Assembly: GCA_051362555.1 (NCBI GenBank)
Contig: CM120647.1
Location: 124,001-188,000 of the forward strand
Direction of reading: 5' to 3'
DNA: 64,000 bases
Origin: Lingula anatina
Taxonomy: Eukaryota; Animalia; Brachiopoda
The notes below the pieces were generated by a model. That model was not told the origin of the DNA, did not search any database, and saw only the letters and a program-made list of their open reading frames with translations. Position numbers and translations under genes: made by a program. Below, in pieces: positions 28,101-42,584 of this stretch. The stretch's first letter is position 1, and every line of letters starts with the position of its first letter.

Positions 28101-30936
28101 TGTAAACAAGAGGCCACAGGTATATATAGACAGTATGACTTAGCTTACTATGAGAAGTGTAAACAAGAGGCCACAGGTATATATAGATAGTATGTCTTAG
28201 CTTACTATGAGAAGTGTAAACAAGAGGCCACAGGTATATATAGACAGTATGACTTAGCTTACTATGAGAAGTGTAAACAAGAGGCCACAGGTATATATAG
28301 ACAGTATGACTTAGCTTACTATGAGAAGTGTAAACAAGAGGCCACAGGTATGTATAGACAGTAGTATGACTTAGCTTACTATGAGAAGTGTAAACAAGAG
28401 GCCACAGGTATATATAGACAGTATGACTTAGCTTACTATGAGAAGTGTAAACAAGAGGCCACAGGTATATATAGACAGTATGACTTAGCTTACTATGAGA
28501 AGTGTAAACAAGAGGCCACAGGTATATATAGATAGTATGTCTTAGCTTACTATGAGAAGTGTAAACAAGAGGCCACAGGTATATATAGACAGTATGACTT
28601 AGCTTACTATGAGAAGTGTAAACAAGAGGCCACAGGTATATATAGACAGTATGACTTAGCTTACTATGAGAAGTGTAAACAAGAGGCCACAGGTATGTAT
28701 AGACAGTATGACTTAGCTTACTATGAGAAGTGTAAACAAGAGGCCACAGGTATATATAGACAGTATGACTTAGCTTACTATGAGAAGTGTAAACAAGAGG
28801 CCACAGGTATGTATAGACAGTATGACTTAGCTTACTATGAGAAGTGTAAACAAGAGGCCACAGGTATATATAGATAGTATGACTTAGCTTACTATGAGAA
28901 GTGTAAACAAGAGGCCACAGGTATGTATAGACAGTAGTATGACTTAGCTTACTATGAGAAGTGTAAACAAGAGGCCACAGGTATGTATAGACAGTATGAC
29001 TTGGCTTACTATGAGAAGTGTAAACAAGAGGCCACAGGTATATATAGACAGTATGACTTAGCTTACTATGAGAAGTGTAAACAAGAGGCCACAGGTATAT
29101 ATAGATAGTATGACTTAGCTTACTATGAGAAGTGTAAACAAGAGGCCACAGGTATGTATAGACAGTAGTATGACTTAGCTTACTATGAGAAGTGTAAACA
29201 AGAGGCCACAGGTATATATAGACAGTATGACTTAGCTTACTATGAGAAGTGTAAACAAGAGGCCACAGGTATATATAGACAGTATGACTTAGCTTACTAT
29301 GAGAAGTGTAAACAAGAGGCCACAGGTATGTATAGACAGTATGACTTAGCTTACTATGAGAAGTGTAAACAAGAGGCCACAGGTATGTATAGACAGTAGT
29401 ATGACTTAGCTTACTATGAGAAGTGTAAACAAGAGGCCACAGGTATATATAGACAGTATGACTTAGCTTACTATGAGAAGTGTAAACAAGAGGCCACAGG
29501 TATATATAGACAGTATGACTTAGCTTACTATGAGAAGTGTAAACAAGAGGCCACAGGTATGTATAGACAGTATGACTTAGCTTACTATGAGAAGTGTAAA
29601 CAAGAGGCCACAGGTATGTATAGACAGTATGACTTAGCTTACTATGAGAAGTATAAACAAGATGCCACAGGTATATATAGACAGTATGACTTAGCTTACT
29701 ATGAGAAATGTAAACAAGAGGCCACAGGTATATATAGACTTACAGCACATTCAGGACAGGTGATTGGCAAACTTACAGATCCATGGACTAAATATGGCCT
29801 AAAAGCGATGCCCCTAATACCCTGATGTCTTCCCCCTTTCGCATTCGCTATTGCTGCAGGAGCCTAGCAATTAAACCTTTGAACCAAAATTTTATCCATT
29901 TAATAGCAGGTGTGGACAGGTGAGGAGACCATCAGGATATTGACAGCAACACTTTTATGTGGGTTGGCCGTAAGATAATGATTTGAAAGTATTTTGGCTT
30001 GTTTTTGATAATTTTCATTTATGATTTGAAAACATTGTATTTTTAATGTCAGATTTTAAATATCAAATGTCTTATTTAATATTGTAATGATTTTGTAGAA
30101 CTGTGAATTAGCACTTTAAAATATATTTGCTCTTCTCTATTAATTTCAGAATTTTTCTTGTGTGATAAAAAAGAAAAAGGAAAGAGGCTATTTTGGAAAT
30201 GTAAAGCACCCCTAGCTCGCATGAATGACTGCCTGGCCAAATGGTGAGCATTCCAAAACACTGTCACACCTAACACACTGCCACTGTCACACCTAACACA
30301 CTGTCACACCTAACACACTGCCACTGTCACACCTAACACACTGCTTCTGTCACATCTAACACACTGTCACACCTAACACACTGCTTCTGTCACACCTAAC
30401 ACACTGCTTCTGTCACACCTAACACACTGCCACTGTCACACCTAACACACTGCCACTGTCACACCTAACACACTGCCTCTGTCACACCTAACACACTGCC
30501 ACTGTCACACCTAACACACTGCCTCTGTCACACCTAACACACTGTCACACCTAACACACTGCTTCTGTCACACCTAACACACTGCCTCTGTCACACAACC
30601 TACACACTTCCAGTCAGAACGTCACAGCAAACACATTCTACAATTTATTGTATGTGAAACAATTTATAAATATACTCCCCAGTTGATGTTAAATGACAAT
30701 CAAAAATGACTTTTTATAGTTTATATGCATATAAGTCACCATTGGTGAAGTCTAGATTTCATAATTCTTATACTTTTAGGATGCAAGATGACTTCTTCTT
30801 TGATGAAGTGAAAAAACAGTATTTGTTTGAGAGGTCGTATTACCGCAGGACAGGGGAGCCACACCCTGATGTGTTACAGCGCACACACATGGAGAAACTA
30901 CGGAAGGAACGAAAAGCAGGCTTTGGTGCATTATGA
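25190..30936 (+). CDS. CMC1: COX assembly mitochondrial protein (twin CX9C, CMC1-like); exons 25190-25301, 27670-27771, 30150-30243, 30780-30936
   Basis: Spliced: MVLQQ...GGPHGY-GDPESD...YEKCKQEATEFFLC...WKCKAPLARMNDCLAKW-MQDDFFFDEVKKQYLFERSYYRRTG; two exact CX9C motifs, invertebrate-type GPHGxGDP and CMC1-type YLxERxxxRxTG tail. Confidence 0.85.
25451..25521 (-). other. Displaced, slightly diverged copy of the PSMD14 exon 4 acceptor unit inside CMC1 intron 1
   Basis: TCTTAGCTTGAAAAACAGGGTCTACAGCTTCTACAGTACACTGATACCCTGAAATATACAGAA aligns to 20715-20772. Confidence 0.88.
25558..26432. mobile_element. Non-autonomous DNA transposon, IS3EU-like (TAY termini, 6-bp TSD GTAACC)
   Basis: TATGGGCGGCCAAAAGGGC.../...GCCCTTTTGGCTGCCCATA, ~320-350-bp imperfect inverted arms with 21-bp subrepeats; superfamily inferred from termini and TSD. 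Confidence 0.8.
26722..27611 (-). mobile_element. Truncated hAT-type transposon with N-terminal TTF/ZNF862-like zinc finger fragment
   Basis: ORF 26722-27240: RSFKQHWTKLFAWLRY...FMCCDAC...LVRHAALSDH; CAGTGATC-type terminus at 27611; catalytic domain absent. Confidence 0.65.
27723..29739 (+). repeat. 57/60-bp array of CMC1 exon 2 donor copies (34 extra)
   Basis: GACTTAGCTTACTATGAGAAGTGTAAACAAGAGGCCACAG|GTAT(A/G)TATAGACAG(TAG)TAT; true donor after 27771, last copy 29727. Confidence 0.96.
30258..30600 (+). repeat. 17/23-bp minisatellite (CTGTCACACCTAACACA) just after CMC1 exon 3 donor
   Basis: About 15 units starting ~15 nt after GT at 30244. Confidence 0.9.
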
Positions 30937-31284
30937 GCTCAGGTGTGAACAGTGGACAATAACTGACTGCAACAACTGACCAGCAAGATGGACAGTGGTG
31001 GACCATTGAATGTCATGCGCTACCATTTAGTTATACGAAACAGCAAAGCTTACAATAGTTTCAAATCTTCAGTCAGTAGTTACTGGTACCAGATTAAGGC
31101 TGCAGTATGGCTGTACCAGATGGAGGCTGTGTCGTGCCTGTACCAGAGGTTTCATAAAGCACAGTGATATCTGCAGCACAGCTTCCCTCCTTCAGTGCAA
31201 CTCTTTGGAATAGAAATATTGAAGTGCAGAACTTTGAGTAGCAAGAAAAGAACTTAAGCTCCATGCAGAGTGGAATTGCTACAC

Positions 31285-33186
31285 TAGTCTGGATGACTGG
31301 TGCTATATTTTGGCCAAATTGCTCAAAATGTGGAAAAAGCATGAAACTTGGCACAAATGTTCTTTGGTCTATGCTGATCATTTTCAAGGGCAGTGCCCAA
31401 AATTTCAAAGTGTTGCTTAGCAACCGTTGCTATGGAAGTGAATTTTCTTAGTAACAGGCTAATTAGACCTTTCTTGTCCAGTTTAAATGGTTTAGAAATG
31501 CTTATAACTATGTTTCAGGGCATCAAACCTATCACTAGACTATTTTAAGGCAATTAAAACCCAAATTAACCTTAGCCATGATTGTTAGGCAGCATATTAC
31601 CCTAGCAACAAGCATTTAAAGTTGCGTTAGTCTATTAAGTAAGGCAAATCTATAATACTAGCTAAGAACTACACTTTTGAGCAAGATGTTCATACTTTTA
31701 ATCCAGTAGGTTGAACCAATTGTGTGTTTACACACATCCGATCAAATAAATTGCCAGTGCAGATACTTAAGGCAGCATGTTCAAAGTTAGTAACCAGCCA
31801 TTTCCATGCTTTTATCACCTTACGACTATTTATAAAACTTTGCAATAGTTAAGACATTACATTCTCCCTTGTATGTGCAATATACAGTGCATTTTGCCCT
31901 TGCACATTGTCAGCCTCTACATCTGCACCTACATGCACACTGGAGCAACTCTGGGCAGGTCAATAGCTTCTGGCAAATGTGTCCACAAGGGCCCACTGTT
32001 CCGCACAAGTCCAACCAGAGTGAGCACATGGTATCTGATGACATGGCACCGTAGTGCTGATTCAGATATGTTCATCTCGCAAGAATACTCTTATATTGTT
32101 GTAGAGCAGCCTTGGTGGAAGTAAGATATGGCATCTAACGGCCTTTGGGTGTGAACAGAAACTTTTGAACTTCATTGTTTAAAAAAAGAATTAAAATAGA
32201 ACCATGCAGGTGTATTTAAGTTACTTGGTAGAGAATAGAAACTGACAAAATACAATGTGAAAAAACTTTTTATAAAATATTGAACAAAATGAAAAATATC
32301 TTGGAAATCTGGTCTCTGAGAAACCTTTCAGTAATAGGAAAGTCAACAGTGGTTAAACCTTTAGTATTTCTCGCCTTACGTAGGGCATGTATAAACTCTC
32401 CTACCAGCCCCCCTCCCTCAATACTTAAAATATGCATATCAAATTTAACTTTATCAGGAATGGAAAAAGATACAACATAAAATGAGCGAGGATGGCGTCT
32501 GATTACAAAAATGGACGGTAAAAGGTACCGCAAATAAAAATTTTACCAAGGCCCTAAACTTTACATGGCTTAAAAGACTTCTTTGTGAAGAAAATAAGAG
32601 TAAGTGAAGAGCGTTTTTCTCGGCGAAATGTCAGGAATCGGTAGTAACAAAAGGTGGATTAAAAATACTAAAAGCAACTTCTTATCCCCCTCGTGTCCGC
32701 TTACTGCCCCCCCTGGCATTTTGCTCAGGCTACGGCCCTGTTGTATATGGGTTTGTGCAAGCATACACTATTTATGTACCTATCTTAATAATTAAGAAAC
32801 ATGTTAGTATATGTATAGAATGGGAACAGAAAGATGGGAAGGAACTGGAGGGTATGTAAAATGCTACAGAGATATCTGCATATATATTATTAAGTATATA
32901 TTATTAAATATATAATGTTAAATACTTGTTGCTAGGGTAATATGCTGCCTAGCAACTGTTGCAATGGTTTACTTGGGTTTTTAATGTCTTAAAATAGTAT
33001 AGTGATAGTTCTGATGGTTTGAAACATTATTAAAAGCCTTTTTAAATCATTTAAACTGAACAAGAAAGGTCCAATTAGCTTGTTACTAAGGTAACTCACT
33101 TCCTTAGCAATGGTTGCTAAGCAACACTTTGAAATTTTGGGCTTTTTCCACCTTTTGAGCAATTTTTGCACCAGTCATCTAGACTA
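31285..33186. mobile_element. Non-autonomous Academ-like DNA transposon (TAG termini, 3-bp TSD CAC)
   Basis: TAGTCTGGATGACTGGTGC / GCACCAGTCATCTAGACTA termini; degenerate inverted arms ~31396-31620 vs ~32918-33143. Confidence 0.72.
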
Positions 33187-35319
33187 CACAAACTGTTTTC
33201 AAATTTTGGTCTATAAAGGAATTCTATTTTTCATCTTTACATGGATCACTTAACATGAGTAAATGGTTATAATTGCTTATGTATTTATTTATATCATAAA
33301 GGCTTGTAAGAATTCCTGTTATATCATATTTAATTTTTTTCTGTGAACAGCGGGCAAAAGCCATGTGCTGGTAGCTTATGCAAGAATGATTTTAGGACAA
33401 TAATTCACCTTGAGGTAACGCAGTCTGTTGTGAAATTTTCATTTTCACATATTGACATTTTGAGTGTGACTTAAAAATGTCACTGGCCTGAAGCCCAATG
33501 CTATTTTTATTTTCAGAATGTCCATGTTACTTCTAGCACATCAGGTAAATTGGGGCTGATTATACTGTAATAAACTATGTAAAATTGCATCAAATTTGAC
33601 AAGCATTATTATGCACCAACACATTTCATTCTTTTTTTTTTTTTTTTTTTTTTTTTTTCTGGTGTTGATTTGCTTTAATATAATTGTGAGAAGTTATGCT
33701 TGGTGTTTTCTTTCCTCATCTAGAGTTATGTTAATTGGTGCATTGTCATGGGAGAAGCAGCCTTTACATGCCAAAACTGAAACTGGCTCTAATTCTGGAA
33801 CCATAAAATGATAAATGCTAGAGACTGCTTGATTGTTGTATTTTGTAGAGCTTGTCAAGCGCAACACTGCAGGTGATGTCCTTATTTTCCATACATTTAG
33901 GAGAAATTCAATTAAAAAAAGAATGTCACAATGTTGAGTGGTGAAAATAAAATGTGAAATACTCAGAAACTAGTGGAGATATGACACAGTTTACAATTGA
34001 ACTTGAATTTAATGTCATATATTGGCAATCTTGTGACCTTGACTATGACCATGACCCACTTTTCAATATGAACTGTACTTTGCAAATTTTCCATCCCTAC
34101 TATGTTCTGAACTGGAAGAGATATGCCCATAGTTACTATTGAACTTGAATAGGAAGTCAATTATTGGCAATCTCACTGTGATCTTTAAACAGACCTTTGA
34201 CCTACTTTTAACCATGAACTGCAGTTTGCAGTTAACAAAGGTATGCCCATAGTTACTATTAAACTTCAATAGGAAATCATCCATTGGGCCTCATAGTCTG
34301 ACCGAATTTGATATTTGACCTTCCTTTCTTCATAGTAAGCACACCAACCAAAACTAGTTTTCACTCAATACGTATTTTAATAAGTAGGCTTTAATTATTT
34401 TAATTTTATGAAATTATTTTATCGATTGATAAAATAACTTTTCATTTTATACTTATATATGTATTGATATGATTATAAATCATTTTTATTATTATTACGC
34501 TCGACAAATGTGCAAAAATCTGGTCAGCCATTCCACGAAAAAGGGTACAATTCTGAATAACACCTGTCGCAGCTTATTTTCGGTAGTAAAAGTATCTGCA
34601 ATTTTGCTTTTTTGGCCTTTTTTAGCAGGACCCCAATAAAAGACAACAATTGATATAGTTGCCTACCACTCGCTTTGACGGGAACCCCGGGGGCCTATAT
34701 GCCGCAAAAAACACGATTTATACGTCGCTTCGGTATTATAGCTGATTTGCCACGAGAAAACGTTTATATTTTCCCGTCTTTTAGTATTTTTAGTCCTCAA
34801 CTAATTTGAATTCATGTTTCTTTTTATCATACATGTTGTTCTCTGTCGAATTTGTTGCTTAGTTACGACACCGTCATAGTTTAATCATTGTCGCTCAGTA
34901 ACCCCTAATCTCCGTAAAGCCTTTTTAAGTCAATGTAAGAATAAACGAAAATGCTCTTAAATGGCCATCCTATGCATTTTTCAAACTCATAATACATTAA
35001 GTTTAATAAAACAGTGCTATATGTTAATTTTAAATAATGCGTTCCATCATAGAGAATGTAAACACACAATAGTTGCTGTGTCACATTTAAGAGCCTAACT
35101 TCAGTAACGTCACCAAATTTGAAGAAAGTGTTGCTTTGAAAGTTAAAAAAAAAAACATCATTTTTGATAAGGAAGGATCAATTTCTTCCTAAAAAATTCA
35201 TTCAAAAGTCATGAAAAGTAATCCCGCGGATAAAAACTGAAAAAGAATGCATGTCACCTTACTTCCGTTATGCTAACCTCCGTCACAAAATATGTTAATT
35301 GTAATAAAAAACGACTGTA

Positions 35320-35623
35320 CAGGGCCGTAGCCTGAGAAAAATGCCAGGGGGGGCAGTAAGCGGACATGAGGGGGCGAAGGCCCCGAGGGGGGAGGGTCTG
35401 GGAGGGGGTGGCCCCCTCCCACGGTGTGGAAAATTTTAAAAAACTGTATGTCTAATACTGCATTCTGTTGCATTATAACTGTTATTTAATTATTGCTCAA
35501 TCAGAAGTCAGAAATTATGGGTTCATTTTGCCAGAAGTACAGTCATTTTTCAACACAACACGCCAATTGGACTTCATTTCGTGGATAATTTTTTTTTTGC
35601 ACCTCAAATCCCAGGGGGGGCAG

Positions 35624-35660
<37 letters not shown>

Positions 35661-35674
35661 AGGCTACGGCCCTG
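35320..35674. mobile_element. Small MITE with CAGGGCCGTAGCC TIRs and 5-bp TSD CTGTA
   Basis: TIRs and TSD visible; a truncated inverted relative lies at ~32686-32740. Confidence 0.8.
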
Positions 35675-35921
35675 CTGTAAATACTTTAAAACGTTATTTC
35701 TGTGGTTTTGATGTAGTATGCATTCATAACGCTTGCTGTTAAAGATATTACCCCGTATTAAATATATATATATTTATCAGAAATAAAATCAGAATTAAAA
35801 ATTTCTCGTTTTGGAATTGTACCCTTTTTCGTGGAATGGCCGTGGTTCTTCACCGGAAAAATGTACTCGCCCAAACCCAATATAGAGGTGGAATACCACA
35901 GGTCTAAAACACACACACACA

Positions 35922-35963
<42 letters not shown>

Positions 35964-36140
35964 CTGAATCAATTCAAAGTTGTATTCAATTGAGATCTTT
36001 TAAAACGTGTACATGTATAAAACAAAAATTCACGTACAATTTCTATCATGGTCTATTATTATGGATTAGGAAGGAGCATTTATAAGCGGGAATTTTGGTA
36101 ACGTATGTTCCGGTAACGTAGGTTCTGGGACATACATATC

Positions 36141-36190
<50 letters not shown>

Positions 36191-36410
36191 TCATTTATTC
36201 ATTTATTCCAAAGCATTTTGTGGTGATTTGGTCATTGTAATTTAGAGCTGACTTAAAGACTTCTTTATAATGATTTTAAGTGTAACTGGGGGGGGGGGGA
36301 GGGGGCACTGTGATATTCCACCCCTTGAGGGGCGGAGGGGCTAAAACGAACGCAACGTAGGCCCTGTGTTCCCCTGAAAACTGTGGCTAGCGGTGCCACC
36401 TAGCGGTCAG

Positions 36411-37236
36411 TGTTGCCGACACGGCAGAAATTATATACGTTATCATTTTTATTTTATATTTTCCACGCTGTTCTTATGTTTATTTATATTGTGTTAGAGA
36501 AGACACTAGAACACTGCTCAATATTAAGTAACATCTATTCATCTAGTCATGTGATGAACTGTATAAAAGCCGATGTTGCATGTACTCTGCGCGGTCATTT
36601 ATATACTTACTGGCAGAGTGGAGGTATGTTACGATATTACGTGTAGATTGTGTAAAATTTATGTGTTTAATAAAGTGTAATTCACTTATATAGAGATATT
36701 TTGTGTAGTTTACAAAAGTTTACATAAGTTTACTTAAGTTTAATCAGTAACCTAAGTTATGAGCATCGTGTTTATTAAAGTTTATGTTAGTATGGGTGTG
36801 GCATTTTCATGACCAACACGCACATGTATATTTATATTATCAAATAAATTTACAGTACCAGCTCAGATTGCTATGGCCGTATCTGAGCAGCCAGTTGCTA
36901 GCGGAGAAAGCGAGTCTGGATATTGTTCTAGTGTGAGTGTTTTGAAATTAAATAATAAATAGTAAAAACTTACACACATGCAAAGATCAATTATTTGTTG
37001 TTAAGATCACATGAATTAAGTTGTTTATTATATCTAGTTTATTTATCTTTATTTCACTGTATTGTTATTATTATTTTTTCTTTTTCTTTTCTTTTTATAG
37101 TTTTCACCAGTTTTGTCCAGTTTCTGTTCAGTTTTTTGTTCAGTTTCTGTTCAGATTCTGTTCAGTTCTGTTCACTGCGTGAATAAACGGCAGTATTATC
37201 CAATGGTGTTGCTTCATTTACTCGTGGTCCGCTACA
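36411..37236 (+). repeat. 5' LTR of BEL/Pao element 2
   Basis: TGTTGCCGAC...CCGCTACA, AATAAA near its 3' end. Confidence 0.95.
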
Positions 37237-37270
37237 GTGAAAAACTAGAACAACCCAAGGCTGGGTTATA

Positions 37271-40200
37271 TTGGAGGGTTCTCTAGAGGAAAACTTGCCA
37301 TCCCGAGGTTGGGATACACCGGAGAACTCAACAAGTGCTAATCTTGTTTCCCCGAGGGTACACGCTGTTTCACCGTCACACCAGACCATGACTGACACAG
37401 GAGAGGAAAAGCCGGACATTGACATACTGTCAAAACTACGACGGGCGCGAAAAGGTGCCGTGACGAAGTGCCTTGGTGCCATCGAGAGGGCAGTTGCTGC
37501 TGAGGATGCTCAATTGGTAGCCAGCAAGGTTGACCAGTTGAAAGATACGTTTTCTTCGTTCGAGGCTGCTCATGATGAGTATCACAGTTATCTGGACGAG
37601 GAAGAGATGGATGCAAGTGAAGATTGGTTTCGGGAAGTGGAAGAAAAAGTTATCAAGGGTATCAAACTTGGTATGACTTTTTTAAACTCTCTTAAGCAAA
37701 AGTCAAATGAATCAGAAACAAATTTAATCAATGAAGCAAGTTTGTTAACTTTTTTAAACACCCCACATTGCTCAATTGATAAATTTGAAGGAGACGCCAA
37801 AATTTTTCATTATTTTATGACGGTTTTTGACGAAATGATCGATTCAAAAATGAAAGACCCTCAGATGAAATTAAACAGATTAATACAATTTACAACTGGT
37901 TCTGCCAAAGAAGCAATTAAAAATTGCGTATTAATTGGGGGCTTGGAGGGTTATACCAAAGCCAGACAGATTCTGAAGGTCCGTTTTGGAAATGATCATT
38001 TTGGTGGCTAGCTCTTTGATTGAAAATCTCAAAAATGGTAAAAAGATTATGAAAGTGAAAGATTTACAGGGTTTAGCTGATGAATTACAAGTTGTGTGTA
38101 CAACGTTAGAAAAGTTGAACTTAAAGGGTGAGATAGAAAATCAAAAGATCATATTGGAGATTCTGGGTAGGTGTAAAAGTTGGATTGTTGAGCGATGGAG
38201 AAAGCGTGCATTAGAAATCAAACACAAAAATGATCGTTATCCTAAATTTCAGGAATTTGTAGATTTCATGGTAAAAACTGCTGCAGATGCTAGTGACCCA
38301 GTGTACGGTGGTGAGTCAGTATATGCAAATGTGTCAAATCACTCTTTTGTAACTGCTACTGTTTCTACCCAACACTCCGTGATTGGGTCGAATATCAATG
38401 ACTGTCCCGTACGTCATCCGTGTGATCAGTCTGTTGATCAAAGGACGAATGAAAAGAATGGTGTTTTCCCATGTGTGTTGTGTGGTAGTCAACATCATTT
38501 ATCTCAGTGCAGTGCTTTTAAAGAAAAAGGAGTGCAAGATCGTTTGAATGTTGTGAGACAAAATAAATTGTGTTTCAATTGTTTGTTTGCCGGACATTTT
38601 GCAAGTAACTGCAGAAATCCTGCTGTTTGTAGTGTGCCGGGCTGCGGTAAAAAACATTCAAAGTTCATTCATGTAAATTCAAGGTTGAAACTCCTCCGCG
38701 CGCGCATACGGAAAGTGCCGGTGATTCTCGAATCAGATCTCAAAGTCAAATTACGAATACCAGTATTAATTCGGGCGAGATCAAAAGCGTGAAACTACCG
38801 ATAGTTTCAGTGATGATAAATGGCGTGCACCAAGCATTAGCGTTGTTAGACAGTGGGTCGACTTCATCATTTATCTCGGAGCGTTTAGTGTCCACTGCAG
38901 CGCTCAGTACTAAAAGCACCGTGGAATATCATTTGAACACAATTGACGGCTCTAGGAGCGCGCGATCACCTGTTGTTTTCTTTTGACGCGTCACCAATTG
39001 AAAATAAGTCGGTGAAATACCGCGTGTCAAATGTTTTCGTCATTCCTCGCGTAAATGTGAGAGCAAATGACATAATTGATGTGGAATCATTCCCGCATTT
39101 GAAGGGAATACCTCTGAGTAACTGCACTGCAGCAGAGGGAGTTGACATAATCATAGATAGGGATGGATAATGCCCATTTGATTATGCCTTTAGAAGTCCG
39201 TGTTGATGAAAATAGCACAACAGGCATATACGCGGCGCGTTCGCGTTTAGGGTGGACTATCAACGGGTCCGTAGATGATACTTTCAATGCTCATGTCTCT
39301 GTAAATCATTTGTCTGTGGATGTAATTCAGGGCAACTATTGGGATGATGATTTTGATATGGGAACTAAATTGTCTTACGAAGACAAAAGAGTGCTTTGTT
39401 TATGGGAAAACAGTGTTTCCATGAAAGACGGCCATTATGTTCTTCCAATCCCGTGGAAAGATAAGTGCCCGAAATTTCCCGATAATCGGTATGTAGCCGT
39501 TAAAAGGTTGCAAAATTTAGAAAGAAAACTCACAAATGAGGGGCTGTATGACCGATACAAAGACAATGTTACAAAGCTTATTTCTGATGGCTATGTAGAG
39601 CAAGTACCTCCCCATGAAATTGAGTTGAATGATGGAAGTGAATGGTACATTCCCCACAGACATGTTATCCATCCTGATAAACCGGATAAACTCAGAATGG
39701 TGTATGATTGTGCATGTTCGGTGCAGGGTGTGAGTTTGAACAATCAAACTATGCAAGGTCCGGACTTCATAAATAGACTGATAGGGATTCTTTTGCGGTT
39801 TCGAAGGTACAAATACGCTAATATGGGAGACATAGAGTGTATGTATTATCAGGTGAGGGTACCCGAGAAGGATAGAAACGCGCTTCGTTTTTTGTGGCGA
39901 GAAGGAAATAGTTTAGTTCATTATCGTATGAAAGTACATTTGTTTGGAGGGAAATGGTCGGGAAGCGCGAGTTCGTTTGCTTTAAAGCGAACTGTCCGAG
40001 ATCAGGAAGTGAGCCCTATAGTGCGCGATACCGTGAATGATTCTTTTTATATCGATGATTTGCTCGCGTCTGCTAAGACCAAAGATGAATCTTTCGAGAT
40101 AATTCGTGGCACAAAGGAAGCTGTAGCATTTGGTGGTTTTAATCTAACCAAATTTGTCTTCAGTGATGAGGAACTTTATTGTGCTGTGAATGAGAATGAT

Positions 40201-42584
40201 CGAGCGAAAGAAGTGAGAGAACTCACACCGAATGTGTATACAAAAGCACTGGGTATCAAGTGGAATGTTATGAGTGATACCTTTTACTACGAGTTTGCTT
40301 TCAAAAGCAGTGACAAAGTCACGAGGCGCGTGATGTTGAGCATGGTTGCTTCTGTATATGACCCACTAGGTCTGTTGTCACCTGTGGTCATTCAAGGGAA
40401 ACGTATTTTCCAAGATTCTACGCGTTTGAAATTGAGTTGGGATGAGCCTGTGCCTAGAATGATTGAGAATAAATGGGTGGCATGGGTGAACTCTTTGGAA
40501 AATGTCAGGAATATTCAGTTCCCTAGAGTGGTGATTCCTGAGAAAATGTGTGACGGTGTGTCTGAATTGCACATATTTTGTGATGCTAGTAGTGCGGCTT
40601 ACGGAGCATGCGCTTATCTCCGCACTGTCAGTCCTCGCGGTGAAATTTTCGTGACCCTGCTTTTTGCTCGAGGCCGGTTAGCACCCTTGAAAAGTGTCAC
40701 CATTCCTCGCTTAGAGTTGACTGCTTGTGTCACGGCAGTAGAAGTTGACATTATGATTAGAAAAGAAATCAATGTTCTGCTTTCAGCAACTACATTTTGG
40801 ACTGATAGCAAAATTGCACTAGCATACATTTCAAATGATGTAAAGCGATTCAAAACATTTATTTCAAACCGGGTCTCTTTCATAAGAGAAAACACAAATG
40901 TGTGTCAGTGGAAGCATGTTCATGGCAAGTCAAATCCGGCTGACGTTTTATCTCGCGGATGTCAATCAAATGAGTTGTCTCAGAATTGGTTTACCGGAGC
41001 GAAATTTCTGTCTAAATACAAAAGCGAATGGCCAAGAGAGGAGACGGATTTTTTGGAATGTTCGAGTGATCTCGAGATCATTTCGAGCAATGTCGTGAAT
41101 GTTTTCAATCCGAGTGAAGAGAGTACTTCTCCTTTAGAAATGCTATGGAATTTTTATTCTAGCTTTTACAAGCTGTGCAAAGCAGTTGCGTGGTTGCTGA
41201 GATTTAAGAAATTTCTCCGCTCAAAGACGCTAGACAAAGGGCATATTACTGCGACTGAACTAAAAATCGCGGAAGATGAAATTATCAAGGCGGTACAAAG
41301 AGACAGTTTTTCTCACGAGTTAAAGTCTCTAAAAAAAACAGGCCAAGTTTCGAAATCAAGTAAAATTCACGATCTTTCTCCCATCCTTCAGAATGACACA
41401 CTAGTTGTCGGTGGTAGACTAATTCATTCTGCACTGAAGTGTAAGCAACCATCGATTTTACCTAGAAAGCATGTTGTTTCCAACTTGATTGCTCGAGAAG
41501 CGCATGAAAGTGCACATTTAGGTACGGATGGACTCTAAGTGTGATACGAAGAAAATTTTGGATAGTGGGTGATAGAAACTTGGTGAGAAAGATACAAAGA
41601 GAGTGTGTTGTATGTAGGCGTTTGTATGCGTCGCCAATGATTCAAAAAATGGCTGATTTGCCCGGTGATAGGTGTTCTAGAGGAGGTCCCCCCTTTGATG
41701 TAGTTGGAATCGATATTTTTGGACCTCTCAAAGTCAGGGTAGGTCGCTCAGAAGTTAAACGCTACGGATGCGTTTTCACGTGTTTTAAAACAAGAGCGAT
41801 TCACTTGGAGGTGTTAGAAAATTTAGAAACAAGCGCATTTCTCAACGGTTTCATACGATTCGTATCGAGACGCGGTTGTCCCACAAAAGTTTACAGTGAT
41901 AACGGCACAAACTTGGTAGGGGCGGTGAATGAAATGAACAAATGTTTACGGCAGTTAGACAAAGTCAAGATCATGTCAGAAATGAGACGAAAGGGAATTG
42001 ATTGGATTTTTAATCCACCACACGCTTCTCATTATGGTGGTGTATGGGAGAGAATGATTCGGACAATAAGAAAAATTTTGATGGCTGTACTGGCAAACTG
42101 TGCTAGGTCTTTAACCGATTGGTCTTTGCAGACTGTATTGTGCGAATGTGAGTGTATAGTAAATGGAAGACCCATTACTAAAATCAGTGAGAATGTGAAT
42201 GATTGTGATGCGCTCACACCAAATCATTTGTTAGCAATCAGAGGAATTCCTTCCTATCCATGGGGAAAATTTGATATTGCTGACACTTACAGAAAGCTGT
42301 GGAGACATGTCCAATTTCTGGTGTCTCAATTTTGGAAAAGATGGACTCGAGAATATTTACCTACATTGCAGGCTCGTTCCAAATGGCATTGCATTCAGAG
42401 GAATTTGAAAGTCGGTGACATTGTCCTTGAAGTAGACAAATCAATTCCTCGTGGATTTTGGCCTCTGGCCATAGTAGAAAGCACCAACGTGGGTAGAGAT
42501 GGTTTAATTCGAAGTGCAGTCATTCGCACTAAAACGTCCACGTATACAAAACTTGTTTTATTGGAAGGGAATGACAACGCTTGA
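37271..42584 (+). pseudogene. Frameshifted BEL/Pao gag-pol
   Basis: Consecutive fragments 37271-38011, 37986-38792 (Cys/His knuckles), 38789-38986 (protease LLDSGS), 38943-39170, 39163-41538 (RT FYIDD, RNase H FCDAS), 41541-42584 (integrase GIDIFGP, YSDNGTN, GGVWER). Confidence 0.92.
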
